Assembly: GCF_963921235.1 (NCBI RefSeq) | Contig: NC_086097.1 | Location: forward strand, 38,628,001-38,692,000 | Reading direction: 5' to 3' | DNA from: Mobula hypostoma | Taxonomy: Eukaryota | DNA: 64,000 nucleotides | Part shown: in pieces, positions 1 through 14,208 of the stretch | Layout of the letters: the number at the start of each line of letters is the position of its first letter | Numbering within the stretch: the first letter of the stretch is position 1 | Translations under genes and position numbers: made by a program | Notes under the pieces: model-generated | The model's database searches: none | The model's input: only the letters and a program-made list of their open reading frames with translations | What the model was told of the DNA's origin: nothing

Positions 1-719
1 GTTTAAATTCAGATGTTGGCTATTATTAATTTTACGAGAAGGTATTTTACCTTTTTTCTCCTTAACAAACAGCTTCGGTCTTGGTAGGGGTTAGACTTTT
101 TTTTTGTAATAAACTGGTATATTTCAATATAACTATTGACGAACACATGAATATGGGGTAATGAGCTTATTATTATGAATAGATATAATGTTATTGGTAG
201 TTTTTAAAATCTTTTTTGACCTTTTACATACACTTTCTTGTACTCTATGTCTTCTTCTATGTGGAAACTAATAAAAATATTGAAAAGAAAAATTCCTTCA
301 GATTGGTCAAACAACATCTGTCTTTGGCAACGCTATACAGGTTATTTCTAATTAGTATCATCTTTCTAATTGATCATTAAAGGATCAGCACATTTGATGA
401 GAGATTCAGTAATGAATCTTACAGACATGAAAATCGGTAATGCTCTGTCTTTACAGATGGTTGTTTGTTTGATACAAATTGAATTGAATTGATTGGCTTT
501 ATTTCTTACATCTTTCACATACGAGGAGTAAAACATACGTCTCCATCTAAAAGTGCCATGTGCAATCATAGTAATTTATAATAAATAGAACAGTCAATGT
601 AAAATAGAGTACACTCATGAGTTCATCAGTCTAATGGCCTGGTGGAAGAAGCTGTCCTGGCTTTTATGCTGTGGGTACTGCTTGAACTTCTAAAGTTCAA
701 TACCTTACACCTGTCTGTA

Positions 720-1718
720 TTAAACTCCATCCTGAACACCGGCGTGCCTCAAGGCTGTGTGCTGAGCCCTCTTCTGTACTCCCTTTTCAACTATGACTGC
801 GTTCCTGTACATGATTCTAACTCCATAATCAAGTTCGCAGACGACACCACGGTGGTTGGTCTGATCAGAGGGGAAGACGAGACGGCCTACAGGGACAAGG
901 TCCAGCACCTGGCTGCGTGGTGTGCTGACAACAATCTGGCCCTTAACACCCAGAAGACCAAGGAGATCATTGTGGACTTCAGGCATGCCAGGAGTCACAT
1001 TTACGTCCCCATCTACATCAACGGAACTGTAGTGGAGTGTGTATCAAGCTTCAAATTCCTTGGTGTCTGCATTTCTGAGGATCTCACCTGGTTCCTGAAC
1101 TCCTCCATCCTAATCAAACAGGCACAACAGCACCATTATTTCCTGCGGAGCATGAAGAAAGCTCATCTCTGTCCCAGGATACTGACGGACTTTTACCGGT
1201 GTACCATTGAGAGCATACTCACCAACTGCATTTCAGTGTGGTATGGCAATTGTCCCATATCGGACTGCAAAGCACTCCAGCGTGTGGTGAAAACTGCCCA
1301 GTGGATTACCGGCACCCAATTGTCCACCATTGAGAACATCTACCATAAACGCTGCCTGGGCAGGGCGAAAAGCATTATCAGGAATGCATCTCACCCTAAC
1401 CATGGACTTTTTACTCTCCTCCCATCTGGTAGGCGCTACAGGAGCCTCCGCTCCCACACCAGCAGGCACAGGAACAGCTTCTTCCCTGAGGCTGTGACAC
1501 TGCTGAACCTCTCATCACAGCACTAAGCAGTATTGCATCCGTATTGTACTGTCTCAGTACTTTTATATTTGTGTGCTGTAGCACTTTTTTTTATTCACAG
1601 TTATTTTGTAAATAACACTATTCTTTGCATTTCTGGTCAGATGCTAAATGCATTTCATTGGCTTTGTATCTGTACTCGGCACAATGACAATAAATTTGAA
1701 CCTAATCTAATCTAATCT
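720..1718 (+). mobile_element. 5'-truncated Rex1/Babar-clade LINE (RT C-terminal half plus 3' tail)
   Basis: ORF 642-1526 has GVPQGCVLSPLLY, FADDTTVVGLI, LNTQKTKEIIVDFR and HPNHGLFTLLPSGRRYRS. It ends in a (CTAAT)n tail at ~1701-1718. Confidence 0.85.
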
Positions 1719-4070
1719 ACCATTTTTCAGCCCATTTTTTCAGCTGGTCCAAATCCCTCTGCAAGCTTTGAAAACGTTCCTCACTGTCCACTACACCTCC
1801 AATCTTTGTATCATCAGCAAATTTGCTGATCCAATTTACCACATTATCATCCAGATTATTAATATAGATGACAAATAACAATGGACCCAGCACTGATCCC
1901 TGTGGCACACCACTAGTCACAGGCTTCCACTCAGAGAAGCAATCCTCCACTACCACTCTCTGGCTTCTTCCATTGAGCCAATGTCTAATCCAATTTACTA
2001 CCTCTCCATGTATACCTAGCGACTCAATCTTCCTAACTAACCTCCCATGCGGGACCTTGTCAAAGGCCTTACTGAAGTCCATGTAGACAACATCCACTGC
2101 CTTCCCTTCATCTACTTTCCTGGTAACCTCCTTGAAAAACTCTAATAGATTGGTTAAACATGACCTACCACGCACAAAGCCATATTGACTTTCCCTAATA
2201 AGTCCTTGTCTATCCAAATACTTGTAGATCCTATCTCTTAGTACTCCTTCCAAAAATTTACCTACTACCGATGTCAAACTTACCGGCCTATAATCTCCCC
2301 AATTACTTTCAGAGCCTTTTTTAAATGATGGAACAACATGAGCTATCCTCCAATCCTCCGGCACCTCACCGACATTTTAAATATATCTGCCAGGGCCCCT
2401 GCAATTTCAACACTAGTCTCCTTCAAGGTCTGAGGAAATACTCTGTCAGGCCCTGGGGATTTTATCTACTCTGATTTGCCTTAAGATAGCAAGCACCTCC
2501 TCCTCTTCAATCTGTATAGGTTCCATGACCTCACTACTTGTTTGCCTTACTTCCATAGACGCCATGCCAGTTTCCTTAGTAAATACAGTCGCAAAAAACC
2601 CATTTAAGATCTCTCCCACTTCTTTTGGTTCCATACATAGCCGACCACTCTGATCTTCAAGAGGACCGATTTTATCCATTACTATCCTTTTGCTCTTAAT
2701 ATACCTGTAGGAGCTCTGTGGATTATCCTTCACCTTGACTGCCAAAACAACCTCATGTCTTCTTTTAGCCCTCCTGATTTCTTTCTTTTTGCACTTTTTA
2801 TACTCCTCAAGCACCTTATTTGCTCCCTGTTTCCTATACATGTCACACATCTCTCTCTTCTTCTTTATCAGAGTTCCAATACCCCTTGAGAACCAAGATT
2901 CCTTATTCTTATTCACTTTGCCTTTAATCCTGACAGGAACATACAAACTCTGTACTCTCAAAATTTTTCCTTTGAAGGCCTCCCACTTACCGATCACATC
3001 CTTGCCAGAGAACAACCTGTCCCAATCCATGCTTTTTGGATCCTTTCTCATTTCTTCAAATTTTGTCTTTTTCCAGTTTAGAACCTCAACCTGATGACCA
3101 CATCTAGCTTTATCCATGATCAAGTTGAAACTAATGGTGTTATGATCACTGGAACCAGTGTTCCCCTACACATTTCCGTCACCTGTCCTAACTCTTTTCC
3201 TAATAGAAGATCTAATATTGCATCCTCTCCAGTTGGTACCTCTATATATTGATTTAGAAAACTTTCCTGAACACATTTTACAAACTCTAACCTGTCTAGA
3301 CCTTTAACAGTATGGGAGTCCCAATCAATGTGTGGAAAATTAAAATCTCCTACTATCACAACTTTATTTTTCCTGCAGTTGTCTGCTATCTCTCTGCAGA
3401 TTTGCTCCTCCAATTCTCGCTGACTATTGGGTGGTCTATAATACAACCCCATTAACGTGGTCATACCTTTCCTGTTTATCAGCTCCACCCATATGGCCTC
3501 GGTAGACGAGCCCTCTAATCTGTCCTGCATGAGCACTGCTGTAACATTTTCCCTGACTAGCAATGCCACCCCCACCCCCCTGCCACCCTTCATTCCTCTG
3601 ACTCTATCACGTCTGAAACATCGGAACCCTGGAACATTAAGCTGCCAGTCCTGCCCCTCCTGTAGCCAAGTTTCACTAATGGCTATAATGCCGTGATTCC
3701 ATGTGTCAATCCACGCCCTCAGCTCACAATACTCCTTGCATTGAAATAGACACACCTCAGAAGATTATTACCACCACACACAACCCTTCTATTTGTGACT
3801 TTGCGTGAACTTTTAACATCATTTATTTTCACCCCCGCTCCACTATCTGCTCTGGCACTCTGGTTCCCATCCCCCTGCAAATCTACGTTTGTAGTTTAAA
3901 CCCTCCCCAACAGCACCAACAAACCTCCCTGCAAGGATATTGGTCCTCTTGTAGTTCAGGTGTAACCCATCTCTCTTGTACAGGTCCCACCTGCCCCAGA
4001 AGTCGTCCCAATGATCCTGAAATCTGAAACCCTGCCCCCTACACCAGTTCCTCAGCCACGTTTTCATCTG
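1717..4070 (-). mobile_element. CR1 LINE fragment (end of esterase-like ORF1, APE endonuclease, RT), frameshifted
   Basis: ORFs 3843-4067 (DGLHLN), 3120-3755 (ISETWL, GDFNFP, ILDLLL), 2446-3123 and 1717-2364 (YRPVSLTS, DFSKAFDKVPH, GVPQGSVLGP, FADD). Confidence 0.92.
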
Positions 4071-4704
4071 CCAAACCTTCTCCAGACCCTCTCCAATGCC
4101 AGCACATCCTTAGACATTGGGCTCAAATCTGCTCACAATGCTTCAATTATGGTCCTACCAATGCCTTATAAAGCCTCAGCATGACATTTTGATAACTTTT
4201 TTAAAAAATTGTGAATGGAGATAAACTTTGAGCAAGCATTAGCAAAAAGCCTTATTTCTGATCTTAAGAAATAAGAATCAAAAGTAAACTTCATTGATCT
4301 GAGAGGAAGACCCAAGACCTCATACTGAGATGCTCAGCTTCCAACACTAATTTTCCTTTGTGTAAGTTATGATTTATAATAAAAAGATTTTGTCTCAACT
4401 TTCCATTTTGATTATAATGCTCCTTAATACAGCATTCATCTTAGTAATTGGGAAACTCATGAAATGCAGGATCTCTCTCATCTGCAGATGGGAGAAAAAG
4501 CCAAAGGATCTCAGAGACTCTCTATCATTATTATTTTCAAGATTAGGAGAAAAATTTATCACTTTAACTGGTGCAGGGTCTCCCAGCTACGTACTACAGG
4601 AAAGACCATAAGGAACCTCCTCAACCGCCTCCTCCCGGGGCTGAAGAGCCTTTCCAAAGTCAAACGTTCATCCTTCTGGAGATAGAATAGACATGATCTT
4701 CATA

Positions 4705-5620
4705 AGCACTGCACACAAAATGTGAAGGAACTCTGCAGGTCAGGCAACGTCAACAGAAATGAATAAATAATCAACATTTCGGGGTGAAATTGTTCTTCAG
4801 GAATGTAAAGGAAGGGGAAAGGTGCCAGAATAGAAAGATGGGGCGATAGGGAAGGAGGACAGCTAGAAAGTGATTGCTGAAGCCAGGTTTGTAGGAAAGG
4901 GTTGAGAGGAATGAATCTGATAGGAGAGGACAGTGAACTATAGGAGAAAGGGAAAGAGGAGGGGACCCAGGGGCAGGTGAGAAGAGGTAAGAGGCCATAG
5001 TGGAGAATAGAAGAAGAGGGAGGGAATTTTTTTTAGTGGAGGGAGAAAACAATATTCATGCCATCAGGTTGGAGGCTACCCAGATGAAATACAAGGTGTT
5101 GCTTCTCCACTCTGAGGGTGGCCTCATCATGGCACATTAAACAGCCATGGACTGACAGGTGGAATGGGAATGGGAATCGGAATCAGCTTTAAAATGTTTG
5201 GCCACTAGGAAGTTCCACTTTTGGGGGATAGAGCAGACGTGCTCTCCAAAGCGGTCTCCCAATTTATCATGGGTCTCACCAATGTAGAGAAAGCCGCAAC
5301 GGGAACACTAGACATTACAAAGATTCAAGCAGATTTGCAAGTGATGTGTTGCCTCGCCTGGAATGTCTGTTTGGAGCCCTTAATGGAGGTGAGGGAGGAA
5401 GTGAATAGGCAGGTGTAGCACTTTGGTTACTTACAGGGAAAAGTGCCAGGAGGGAGCAGGATGAATGAACAAGGGAATCATGGAGGGAGCGATCCCTGTG
5501 GAAAGCAGAGAGAAGGAGGAAGGTTTGCTGATAGGATTCCTTTGGAGATGGCGGAAGTTGAGGAGAATGATGTATTGGATACGAAGGCTCATGGGTAAGG
5601 ACAAGAGGAACTCCTTTACT
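4705..5620 (-). mobile_element. Degenerate Penelope-like element (pLTR plus GIY-YIG region)
   Basis: Colinear similarity by eye to the better-preserved copy at 51580-52405. Decayed hammerhead-like motif at ~4771-4805. Confidence 0.65.
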
Positions 5621-7174
5621 TTTAAGGCAATGGGAAGATGGGGTGAATGCAGATCATTACAATGCAGCAACAGATACGTAGAGAGCAGCTCTAAGTAGTG
5701 TACAAGGTTTTTATTGATTTTACAGAAAGCTGAATCCTTCAATAATCTGGAGAATTCTACCTGCATGATCATTCTATGTCTAATTTACAATAATTCAAAC
5801 CATGATCCATAAACCTTTATTTTTTGGTGTCCTTCTGTATGAATCAACAAAGGTCACCCCTGATAATCAAGATCAGACGGAGATCCTCAAAAACTTTCCA
5901 TTTCTTTAGAGCCAGTTCTCAGCAAAGGCCAACATCAATGGTAAAATTCATCACTGTCTCCAGTGCCCCAGTACAGTCTTCATTTACTTCCTTAGTCAGT
6001 GGAACACCAAAACAACAAAGCAGTGATGTCCATCCCTTTTGTGCTTTGGACAGATGAACAACTTACTGTTGATTCCTCAACAGACTGAAGAACTATAATG
6101 CTGTCTCTGCAAAATCCTTCAAAGTAATTGGCAACACTGGTCAACTAATGTCAGAGTTTTCTCCCAGGCCAACATCCCCTATCAATACCTTCTGATCATA
6201 CACAATCAATTCTGGTGAGTAAGCTACACTATCAGAATATCTGATCCCAAAAAAGACCTCTACATTATAATAAGAGACTTTCTAGAAGACACAGAAAATA
6301 CTTAAATGATACTCCTCAAAGCCTCCTTATAAAGTGGAATACCCTCACCAACTCCAGAAGATGCTTAACCTGTGTCTGTTCAAAATGGGAAAGGAACTTC
6401 TGAAAAGACACTGAGCACCTTGAATCTCTACAACAGGGCACGCAGAGGCCATCAATAAACTGCAAAAAGAATGCACATTTCACATACCCCATTATGTACA
6501 TCCAGTCACTTGCATCTGACTCCAAAATCCCTCATCGGACTTACTATTCACCTCAAAGCCCAAAGAACTGACATGAAGTTAAGTCATAGAGGGTAATTGT
6601 TGATTAGCATTTGCAATGTCTTTGTGGATAGGACAAATGCATGCAATTTCAATAATCATATGGTAATACAGCCTGATTAATGGAGTGTTCAGTTCTGAAG
6701 CACAGCACTAGAACACTAACTTAATACAGAGTATTTGCTGTGTCAATATGCTGTACATAATTATTTTTTGACATCAAATGGGATGATTCAAACAGGATGA
6801 GGAATGGCACTCAAGGTCATGGACGAAATGCAGATGTTGGCTGATAAAGATCATTCACTTAACACTTTACTGAAGGTGGTGATCAGTACATTGTCTTTCA
6901 CACTCATGGAAACAGATATTTATTAGAAAAGATATTTATGAAAACTTATAAAATTTATAAATATTAAATTTAATTCATAAAAGTCCATTTCCAAAAATGC
7001 AATGTCATTTAAAATACGAAGATCAAAAGCAATTTTTATCAGTACCTTGATGATTTATTTATACAAATGTGTGAAGTAATTAGTCATATTACATTTCACT
7101 TGAGTTCTGTGAAATTTTATTTCTCACTACAGCAATTAAATTTGCCTGGAATAGTAAACTTTTTATCATCTAAC

Positions 7175-7232
7175 CTGTGATGAAGTCAAATGCGAACAAC
7201 CTTTCTTGTTCTCCAGTGATGAATCTTGAGCG
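7175..7232 (-). CDS. SPATA7: Probable SPATA7 exon 7 equivalent (58 nt, phase 2 to 0; (S)AQDSSLENKKGCSHLTSSQ)
   Basis: Minus-strand acceptor tatttttgtaatttatag and donor CAG|gttaga. Frame is open and compatible with the preceding exon; size and phase resemble mammalian exon 7. Sequence similarity is weak. Confidence 0.55.
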
Positions 7233-8602
7233 CTATAAATTACAAAAATAGCTTTATGAACTAGTTTTAATGTCAATTTAACAATCAAAACAACATACCT
7301 AAAACTGAACAAATGTATCTTAAATCTTTAACTTTGTGATATTGGCATCATTGCTAATTTAATTCTCCATCCGACTCCCACTTGGATCTAACAGTCTGTA
7401 GCCTCCTGCAATACAGGCTTGAAGAACATAACCTCATCCTTTGCCTGGGCCTTCTGGACTTAAAACTGAATTCTAAAACTTCAAGTAACTTAATCTCTCT
7501 GTTTGTATCAGTCACCCATCTGTGATATTGATCAGCTTGTTTGAACTGCTCTGCATTTGGCGACTCCTCCAATTTTTTGTTTATGTTCTCACTTTCTAAC
7601 TGCTCCTAAGGTCACTTCCTAACTATGCTAATATACGTAGATAAGAACCTTGTTACCTATACCTTATACCCCTGGTCACCCTAATTTTACCCTATTAGAG
7701 ATCCATCTTTTCCCACTCTTCCTACTGGAGTTTTCCAACTCCAGTACGCTATGCTTCATTTATGAAGGCCAATGTGCTAAAAGATCTCTTTAGAACCCTA
7801 TCTACCTGTGGAGTCACTTTTAAGGAATTAAGAATCTGTATTCCCAGATCCCTTTATTTTACTGTACACCTCAGTGCCCTACCATTCATTGTGCAAGTCT
7901 ACACTGGTCTGTCCTCCTAAAGTGCAAAACCTTACACTTGCATTATATTAAATGAATGTAAGTAGCCTGTGTACCTTTTTCACACTATCTGTGGTGCTGC
8001 CTTCAGGGAATCTTAGACATTGTATACTGAAGTCCCTCTCCTCCTCAGTATTTTCTTGTTTCCTAATATTCACTGTGTATGTACTAGCCTTACCATCCTT
8101 CCAAAATGCATTACTTGAAATTCTTGGGATTAAATTCGATCATATTTCTCTGCCTATTTTATTAACTCATCAATATACCGTCCATATAATTAACACCACC
8201 ATTTTTTGTCTGCACAGTTGCTAATCATGCTCCTGACATTCATGTCCAGATTGATTACATATATGATTACATACATACCATCTTGTTCAGACCATCAAAT
8301 GAGACAAAATATTGGTGCCACTGGATTTCAGAAGGTTTTTTTTTAAATATTAGAACTTTATACAACTAGTGACAGTGAAACTTCATATTTTATAGGAAAA
8401 GGGAAGAATGATTGCTGACGCACATTTTTTCTTGAAAATGTAGCTTAGCTTGAAAGTAATTCTCAAATGAAAAGATATTTGTTTCTGTGGATTAACTATA
8501 CTAAAATATGCAGAGGAAAATCAATACCATTTACACCACTAATTATCTGTACAACAAAAATTCTTGAAATAAATACTGTCTGTTGGCAGGAGTTCACAGT
8601 AC

Positions 8603-9060
8603 CTGTTGAAATCAGTCTGTGTTTCTTGTGTCAGTAGATTCTTTTTGGACAGATTTTTCTTTTTCACAGGAGTATAATACCTATAATGGGCCAGAAAAGA
8701 CTGTGCTTCTTTCTTTAAAATGCGTGGACTGAACCGTTGTCCGTTTGTAAAGCAGTGAGCATGTTTTTCCAAGACATCACCACTGTATGTTTTTTGGTGT
8801 GCATCCTGAAATGATCTACAGTAAAGCTGGCTATTTGCAAAGCCAGCTGAGGAGCTACGGAAAGTTTTACAATGCAGCCGAGAAGATGCTGAGGTCCTGG
8901 GGCTCAAGTCTGAGTAGCATTTTGTAAATATTTTCTGAGTTTCCTTATCAATTCTGGGAGTGGACGGTAATGTTGAAAAATCCTGAGCAGAGGCAATGGT
9001 TCGGTTCGGAGTCATGCAACCAATTGTTAAGCATCTGGTGACATCATGCATGGATGGATT
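8603..9060 (-). CDS. SPATA7: SPATA7 large internal exon (exon 6 equivalent, 458 nt)
   Basis: SGDVLEKHAHCFTNGQRFSPRILKKEAQSFLAHYRYYTPVKKK...ETQT matches SPATA7 [34 protein letters not shown]..ETQT. Acceptor ttgttcacag, donor AG|gtactg. Confidence 0.93.
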
Positions 9061-9689
9061 CTGTGAACAAAAATGGAAAACATAATGTGAATATGAAAAT
9101 GTTATTTACAAAGTACTTACCAAATAGAGAAGTATAACAAACATTCTATTACATGGCCCTTCCTCAGAAATTGCCTTATGCACTCTCGAATAGGGAAACA
9201 ATAAGGGGAAAATGTATTACATGCAGTGGAGCTTTTAAAATATTTTAAACAATATAACATCACAAATGCCAACAAATTCATTAAAGGAATAATATTGTAG
9301 GGCAAATTTAGAAGATGTCTTCACCGACAGGAATTTCAACTACTAATTGAGAATTGGGGTTCCAATATGAGCTATGAAAGTCAACCAGGCTACTATTCTT
9401 AGCCAATGGACACTGTAAACAATGCTACTCATCAAGAAGCAACACACACAAAATGCTGGAGAAAGTAAGCAAGTCAGGCAGAATCTATGAAGGGGAATAA
9501 ACAGTTAATTTTACATCAAGACTGGAAAGGAAGGGGCAGAATCCAGAATAAGAAGGTTAATGGAGAGAAAGGAGCGCAAGCTGGCAAATGCAGCATCTCT
9601 TGTGTCTATTCATTAAAGTCTTGCATTATAGGGTTAACTAGGGAGGACATATACAAGGGGGGATGATGCAAAGCAAGTTCTATGAGCAT

Positions 9690-10045
9690 TCCTTTGTTAT
9701 GTACCATGTTGTATGACGTGGGCAATCATGGTCTTTCCATGACCGTGACTGTTCTCAGCAAATTTTGCTGCAGAAGTGGTTTGCCAGTTTCTTCTTCTGG
9801 GCAATGTCTTTAGAAGACAGGTGATCACAGCCATTATCCATACTCTTCAGAGATTGTTTGCCTGGCACCAGGACTTGTAATGCACCAACTGTTCATATGA
9901 CCATCCACCACTTCTCCTATGGCTTCACATGACTCTGATCAGTAGTGGGAAGGGGGGGGGGGGGATAGAGTTGCTAATGCTACACGTTGCCCAAAAGTGA
10001 CCTGCAGGCTAGTGGATGGAAGGAGCGTCTTATCCACCCCGACAC
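9690..10045 (-). mobile_element. Short non-autonomous retroposon (probably RTE-derived SINE-like)
   Basis: Reverse-complement similarity to the copy at ~50480-50850. Confidence 0.5.
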
Positions 10046-11366
10046 CCAATTCTACAATCATTTATTTTAAAAAGGCTATACATAACATCAAGTTATGGGC
10101 ATGTTCAGCATAGATAGGATCGGGTTTTAGGGCATGTTCCTGTTTTTATTAAATAACATTTTGTATTTGCATAAGAACTATTTATAATGTCAAAGCTGAA
10201 GAAAATGTAATCCTTCTTAATTTTAGTGCTTTGACTAGAAATGATTATCACTAAGGGTGGAAGGATTTTAAACTGAAATAGGGTTGGAAAACAAAAGTTC
10301 CCAAAGCTCTATGCAAAATCATAAGACACACAAAAAATTCTCACAGTGCATTTGCAGGAGTATGAGGGTGGATTCATGTTAAACCACTTTTCACATCAGA
10401 CAGAGGCATGCTAAAAAATAGTAAATTTCAGGTTCAGAAAAATTGCTGCTTCTGCAAACTGAACATTCTATCTAAAATGCAATATGAAATATGGGCAACA
10501 TCAGAAAACATTTTACACCTTTGCACTAACTTCCACTGATGAGGTAAAGTTTTGAGATTTGGTCATTGCAATACATTTGAAAGGGATAGTTACCTGAACA
10601 TTTGGTTCCAAGGGGGATGAAGCACTGTAGAATTGGTCAAGAGAGTCAAGAGGGTTTGATTACAAGTAAGGCAGGTATGGGGATCCAGAACGCACTGATG
10701 GAGAGCTGCAGGTCTTGCTCTTGTCCAACAGGAATGATTTTCTTGCAACCTCTCTGGATGAGAACAGAGGTTGCAGGGTGAATAAGCAAACTAACAACAG
10801 CAGTGTAATACAGGGGCTCCCTCTAATTAGGAGTGAAAATGAATACAGTGCTAATAGGGGACTGTTCTTTTAAGGAGAATAAAAACTATTCTTTGCAGTC
10901 ATTAGTGTGAGTCCCAAAAGCCCTGTACCTAGGTTAAAGATGTCCTCTTGGATTTGGAGAGGAATTTAAGAGAGGGAGGGGAAAGAGCTAATTATTATAG
11001 TCCATGTGGGAACCAATAACTTATGAAGGACAAAGAAAGAAATTCTACTGGAGGAGTATGAGAATTTAAGGCCCATATTTTTTAAAAAGTTATTTGGATT
11101 ACATTCACAGCCATGTGCAGATTGATATACAGTCACGAAGATCAGGAAACACATTTGTAGCTCAGAGGATGATGCTGAATAACTAGATTTCAATTATGAA
11201 GCAATAGTAGCAATATTGGTAAAGGGGAAGTTGAATTTGTTCTATTGGGGCACATTTCACTTTCTAATGATAAAGGGGTGCAGCTATTAGAGCTTTCTCA
11301 GGAACTGCATATGCTTCTCCCAATACCTCCATTTTCTTCTTACATCTCATTGATTTACAGGTGGGG

Positions 11367-11921
11367 TGTATGGGGTATCAGGGAGGGGTAGCACCTCTGG
11401 TGGGGGAACATGTCACGTCCTTTTCAAGGCAGTTAGTCCACCTTTGGTCCCCACCTGGCACTCAGCTCTCACCTGTGGCTCCCTGTAGCTGTTTGCATGT
11501 GACAGCGGCCACACCCCGGGCAACAGCTTTGACAAGCCGACTAAACCAGGTGAGGGTAACCGATGGGTCTCAACCCCGCAGTGAGATAGGGAGTTGTCTA
11601 TCCCAGCATATGACAGACTCCAGCGGATTGAGTGGACGAGACCAACGGAAGGTCCAACGGTCAAGAAGGTGGTCTCTGCAAGCGTCGTGGAACATGTAGA
11701 GCAGGACAAGACACAGAAGATGTCCTGGTCATCCACTGCGCCTAGTCCCATCTCCAGCTGTCTTGACTCTGTCTTGCCACTGGATCCAGATGGGAATTGG
11801 GAAGAGAGAGTGAGGCTGACGCTGCGCAACTCTCCCTCACTTAAATCCAAATCATGCGCTAGTCTCAACACCATCATAATGGTGTCAAGGTCCTCTTCGA
11901 TGTTGACGATGGACGAACACA
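11367..11921 (+). mobile_element. Non-autonomous retroposon (probably RTE-type 5'UTR plus 3' end) with 11-bp TSD
   Basis: TACAGGTGGGG duplicated at 11356-11366 and 11922-11932. No coding capacity. It interrupts an old CR1 remnant. Confidence 0.6.
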
Positions 11922-12579
11922 TACAGGTGGGGAAGTTCATTGGTCACTAAACGTTGTCCTGATTGTGTGGGTGAGTGGTGGAATTTTGGGAAAGCTAATG
12001 GAAAATTGGGGAGAATGGGGAGAAATGGCAGAGAACAGAATTGCTCTGTGAGCCAGTATAGATGAGTCAAAGTGGCCTCCATCTAAGTTGGAAAGAACTG
12101 TGGAAGTATGGATATAGGCTGCAACCAATGCTTTATAGTGAGTTGAATAAACAAGGCTGTAGAAAAGGCTTGGAACTTAATATTGCATGGAGAGGGTTTT
12201 GAAGAGAAGAAATTTAGAAAACTAAAGATAAATGAGAAAGTCATATTGGAGACTAGCAAAATGGGTGATGATAACCTGAGTTTATTGGAAAGTAACATTT
12301 TGAACATTGACTATCCCTCTGCTTCCACAGATGCCGCCTGATCTGCTGAATTCCTCCAGCACTTTGTTTAGTCGCTCCAGAATATGGCAACTGTAGTCTC
12401 GTGTCACCATACCTTCAGTTAGCTAATATGTGAGGTAACAGGTTCTGGAAAAATGGTAAAAGAAAACTGAAGGCTCTTTATCCAGCAAGGGAGATGAATT
12501 AATGACACAAGTAGAAATATATCTAATACTCATCATAGAAATGTGATTAAAAAGTGAGCAAGGTTGGGAATTAGGTAAA

Positions 12580-12890
12580 GGCATCCGTTCGTCTTGCGAG
12601 ACCATGGATCTGTGCCTGGAAAGTCTTCACTCTCCCGGGTGCAGGCCTGGGCAAAGTTGTATGGAAGACCAGCAGTTGCCCATGCTACAAGTCTCCCCTC
12701 TCCACGACACCAATGTTGTCCAAGGGAAGGGCATTAGGACCCATACAGCTTGGCACCAGTGTCATCACAGAGCAATGTGTGATTAAGTGCCTTGCTCAAG
12801 GACACAACACATGTTGCCTTGGCTGGGGCTCGAACTCACGACCTTCAGGTCGCTAGTCCAATGCCTTAACCACTTGGAAACGTGCCCACA
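12580..12890 (-). mobile_element. tRNA-derived SINE with RTE-like tail
   Basis: Minus-strand head has A box (ccaagtggttaagg) and B box (gagttcgagcc), followed by gtgtccttgagcaaggcacttaa. Same head as 55155-55385. Confidence 0.75.
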
Positions 12891-14208
12891 CGAGGGAATT
12901 AAATATGCCACAAAACTAACATTTGCGAAAAAGAGAAGTATTGGAGACATCAGTGTTAAGTTATACTTTCTCACCAGTGCTTAATTTGGATTTTGCTAGG
13001 ATTACTCTACTCCAAATGCCTTCAGGATGTATAAGGTATCTACCTTTTTTAGGTATGAGGTGTCGGTAAATAGTCATCTGCAACAAGGCAAACTGATTAC
13101 TTTCCCAATGAAATTTTCATTGTCAAGTCATCCATCTTCAAATTCTATGGGGGTAATTATTGACTAGAAATCTATCTGGACTAACAAATAAATAATGCAG
13201 CCAAAAAGCAAGTCATAGGCTGGGGATCCTACACCAAGTTAATCAGGTCTAGACACCACAAAAATATTGCACCATCGATAGCACTTAGCCAAGAGTGTAA
13301 TGAAATTTACTCCACTTGCTTGAATGACTGGAGTTCCAACAACAGTTAAGAAACTCAACTTGTGCCAACCCAAAACAGCCACTTGTTCAGTACGCCCTTA
13401 AGGTCAGTCATTGCATCTCTACCTGTGAAAGCACAGCTACTCACCCAGACCCATCCAACAGAAACTCCCAGACTCACAACATGAAAAGCAGAAGTTGAAG
13501 GCACAGCACCAATTACAAGTTTCTTTCAAAATCATACATCATACATTGGAAGTATATCACAATTTCTTCATAGTTTCTTGTTCTAAGTCCTGAAACTCCT
13601 GACTTAAATATAATATCTTAAGGACTGTCAAGATGGAAACTCACCACCATCTTCTTGATAAATGCTGGCTTTGCAAGCAACACCATAGCTTGCAATGGAG
13701 TTTAGATTTAAAAAGAATCAACCTACAACACATAGTTGTTCATTAGTTTTTTTTCAGTAAAGCAAACTAAATTAAACACTGCTATAATTGACCTGCAAAT
13801 CAACAGATCCATATTTGCTGACCCATAAAACTAGTTGTGGAAAACCTGGAGTCCAAATCATACACCCAGTGGCCACTTTATTTGGTACCTTTTGTACTCA
13901 CTAAAGTGGTAACTGAGTGTATGCTTGTAGTCTTCTGCTGCTGTAGGTTATCCAGTTCAAGGTTCAATGTGTTGTACATTCAGAAACATTCTTCTGCACA
14001 CCACAGATGTAATACGTGGTTATTTGAGTTACTGTTGCCCTCCTGTGAGCTTGAACCAGTCTGGCCACACTCCTCTGACCTGTCTCATAAACAAGGCCTT
14101 TTACCCCACAGAAGTTCCACTCACTGGATGTTCATTGTTTTTTGCACTATTCTCTGTTGTTCTAGAGACTATTGTGCATGAAAATCCCAGGAGATCAGTA
14201 GTTTCTGA

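Noticed and set aside
7354..7572. 72-aa minus-strand ORF as a SPATA7 exon
   Set aside because: Weak acceptor, no similarity to SPATA7, and no phase-compatible acceptor after the phase-2 donor at 8603.
10594..10624. 31-nt candidate SPATA7 exon with AG/GT sites
   Set aside because: It would shift the frame; exons 17413-17537 and 8603-9060 already join in frame.
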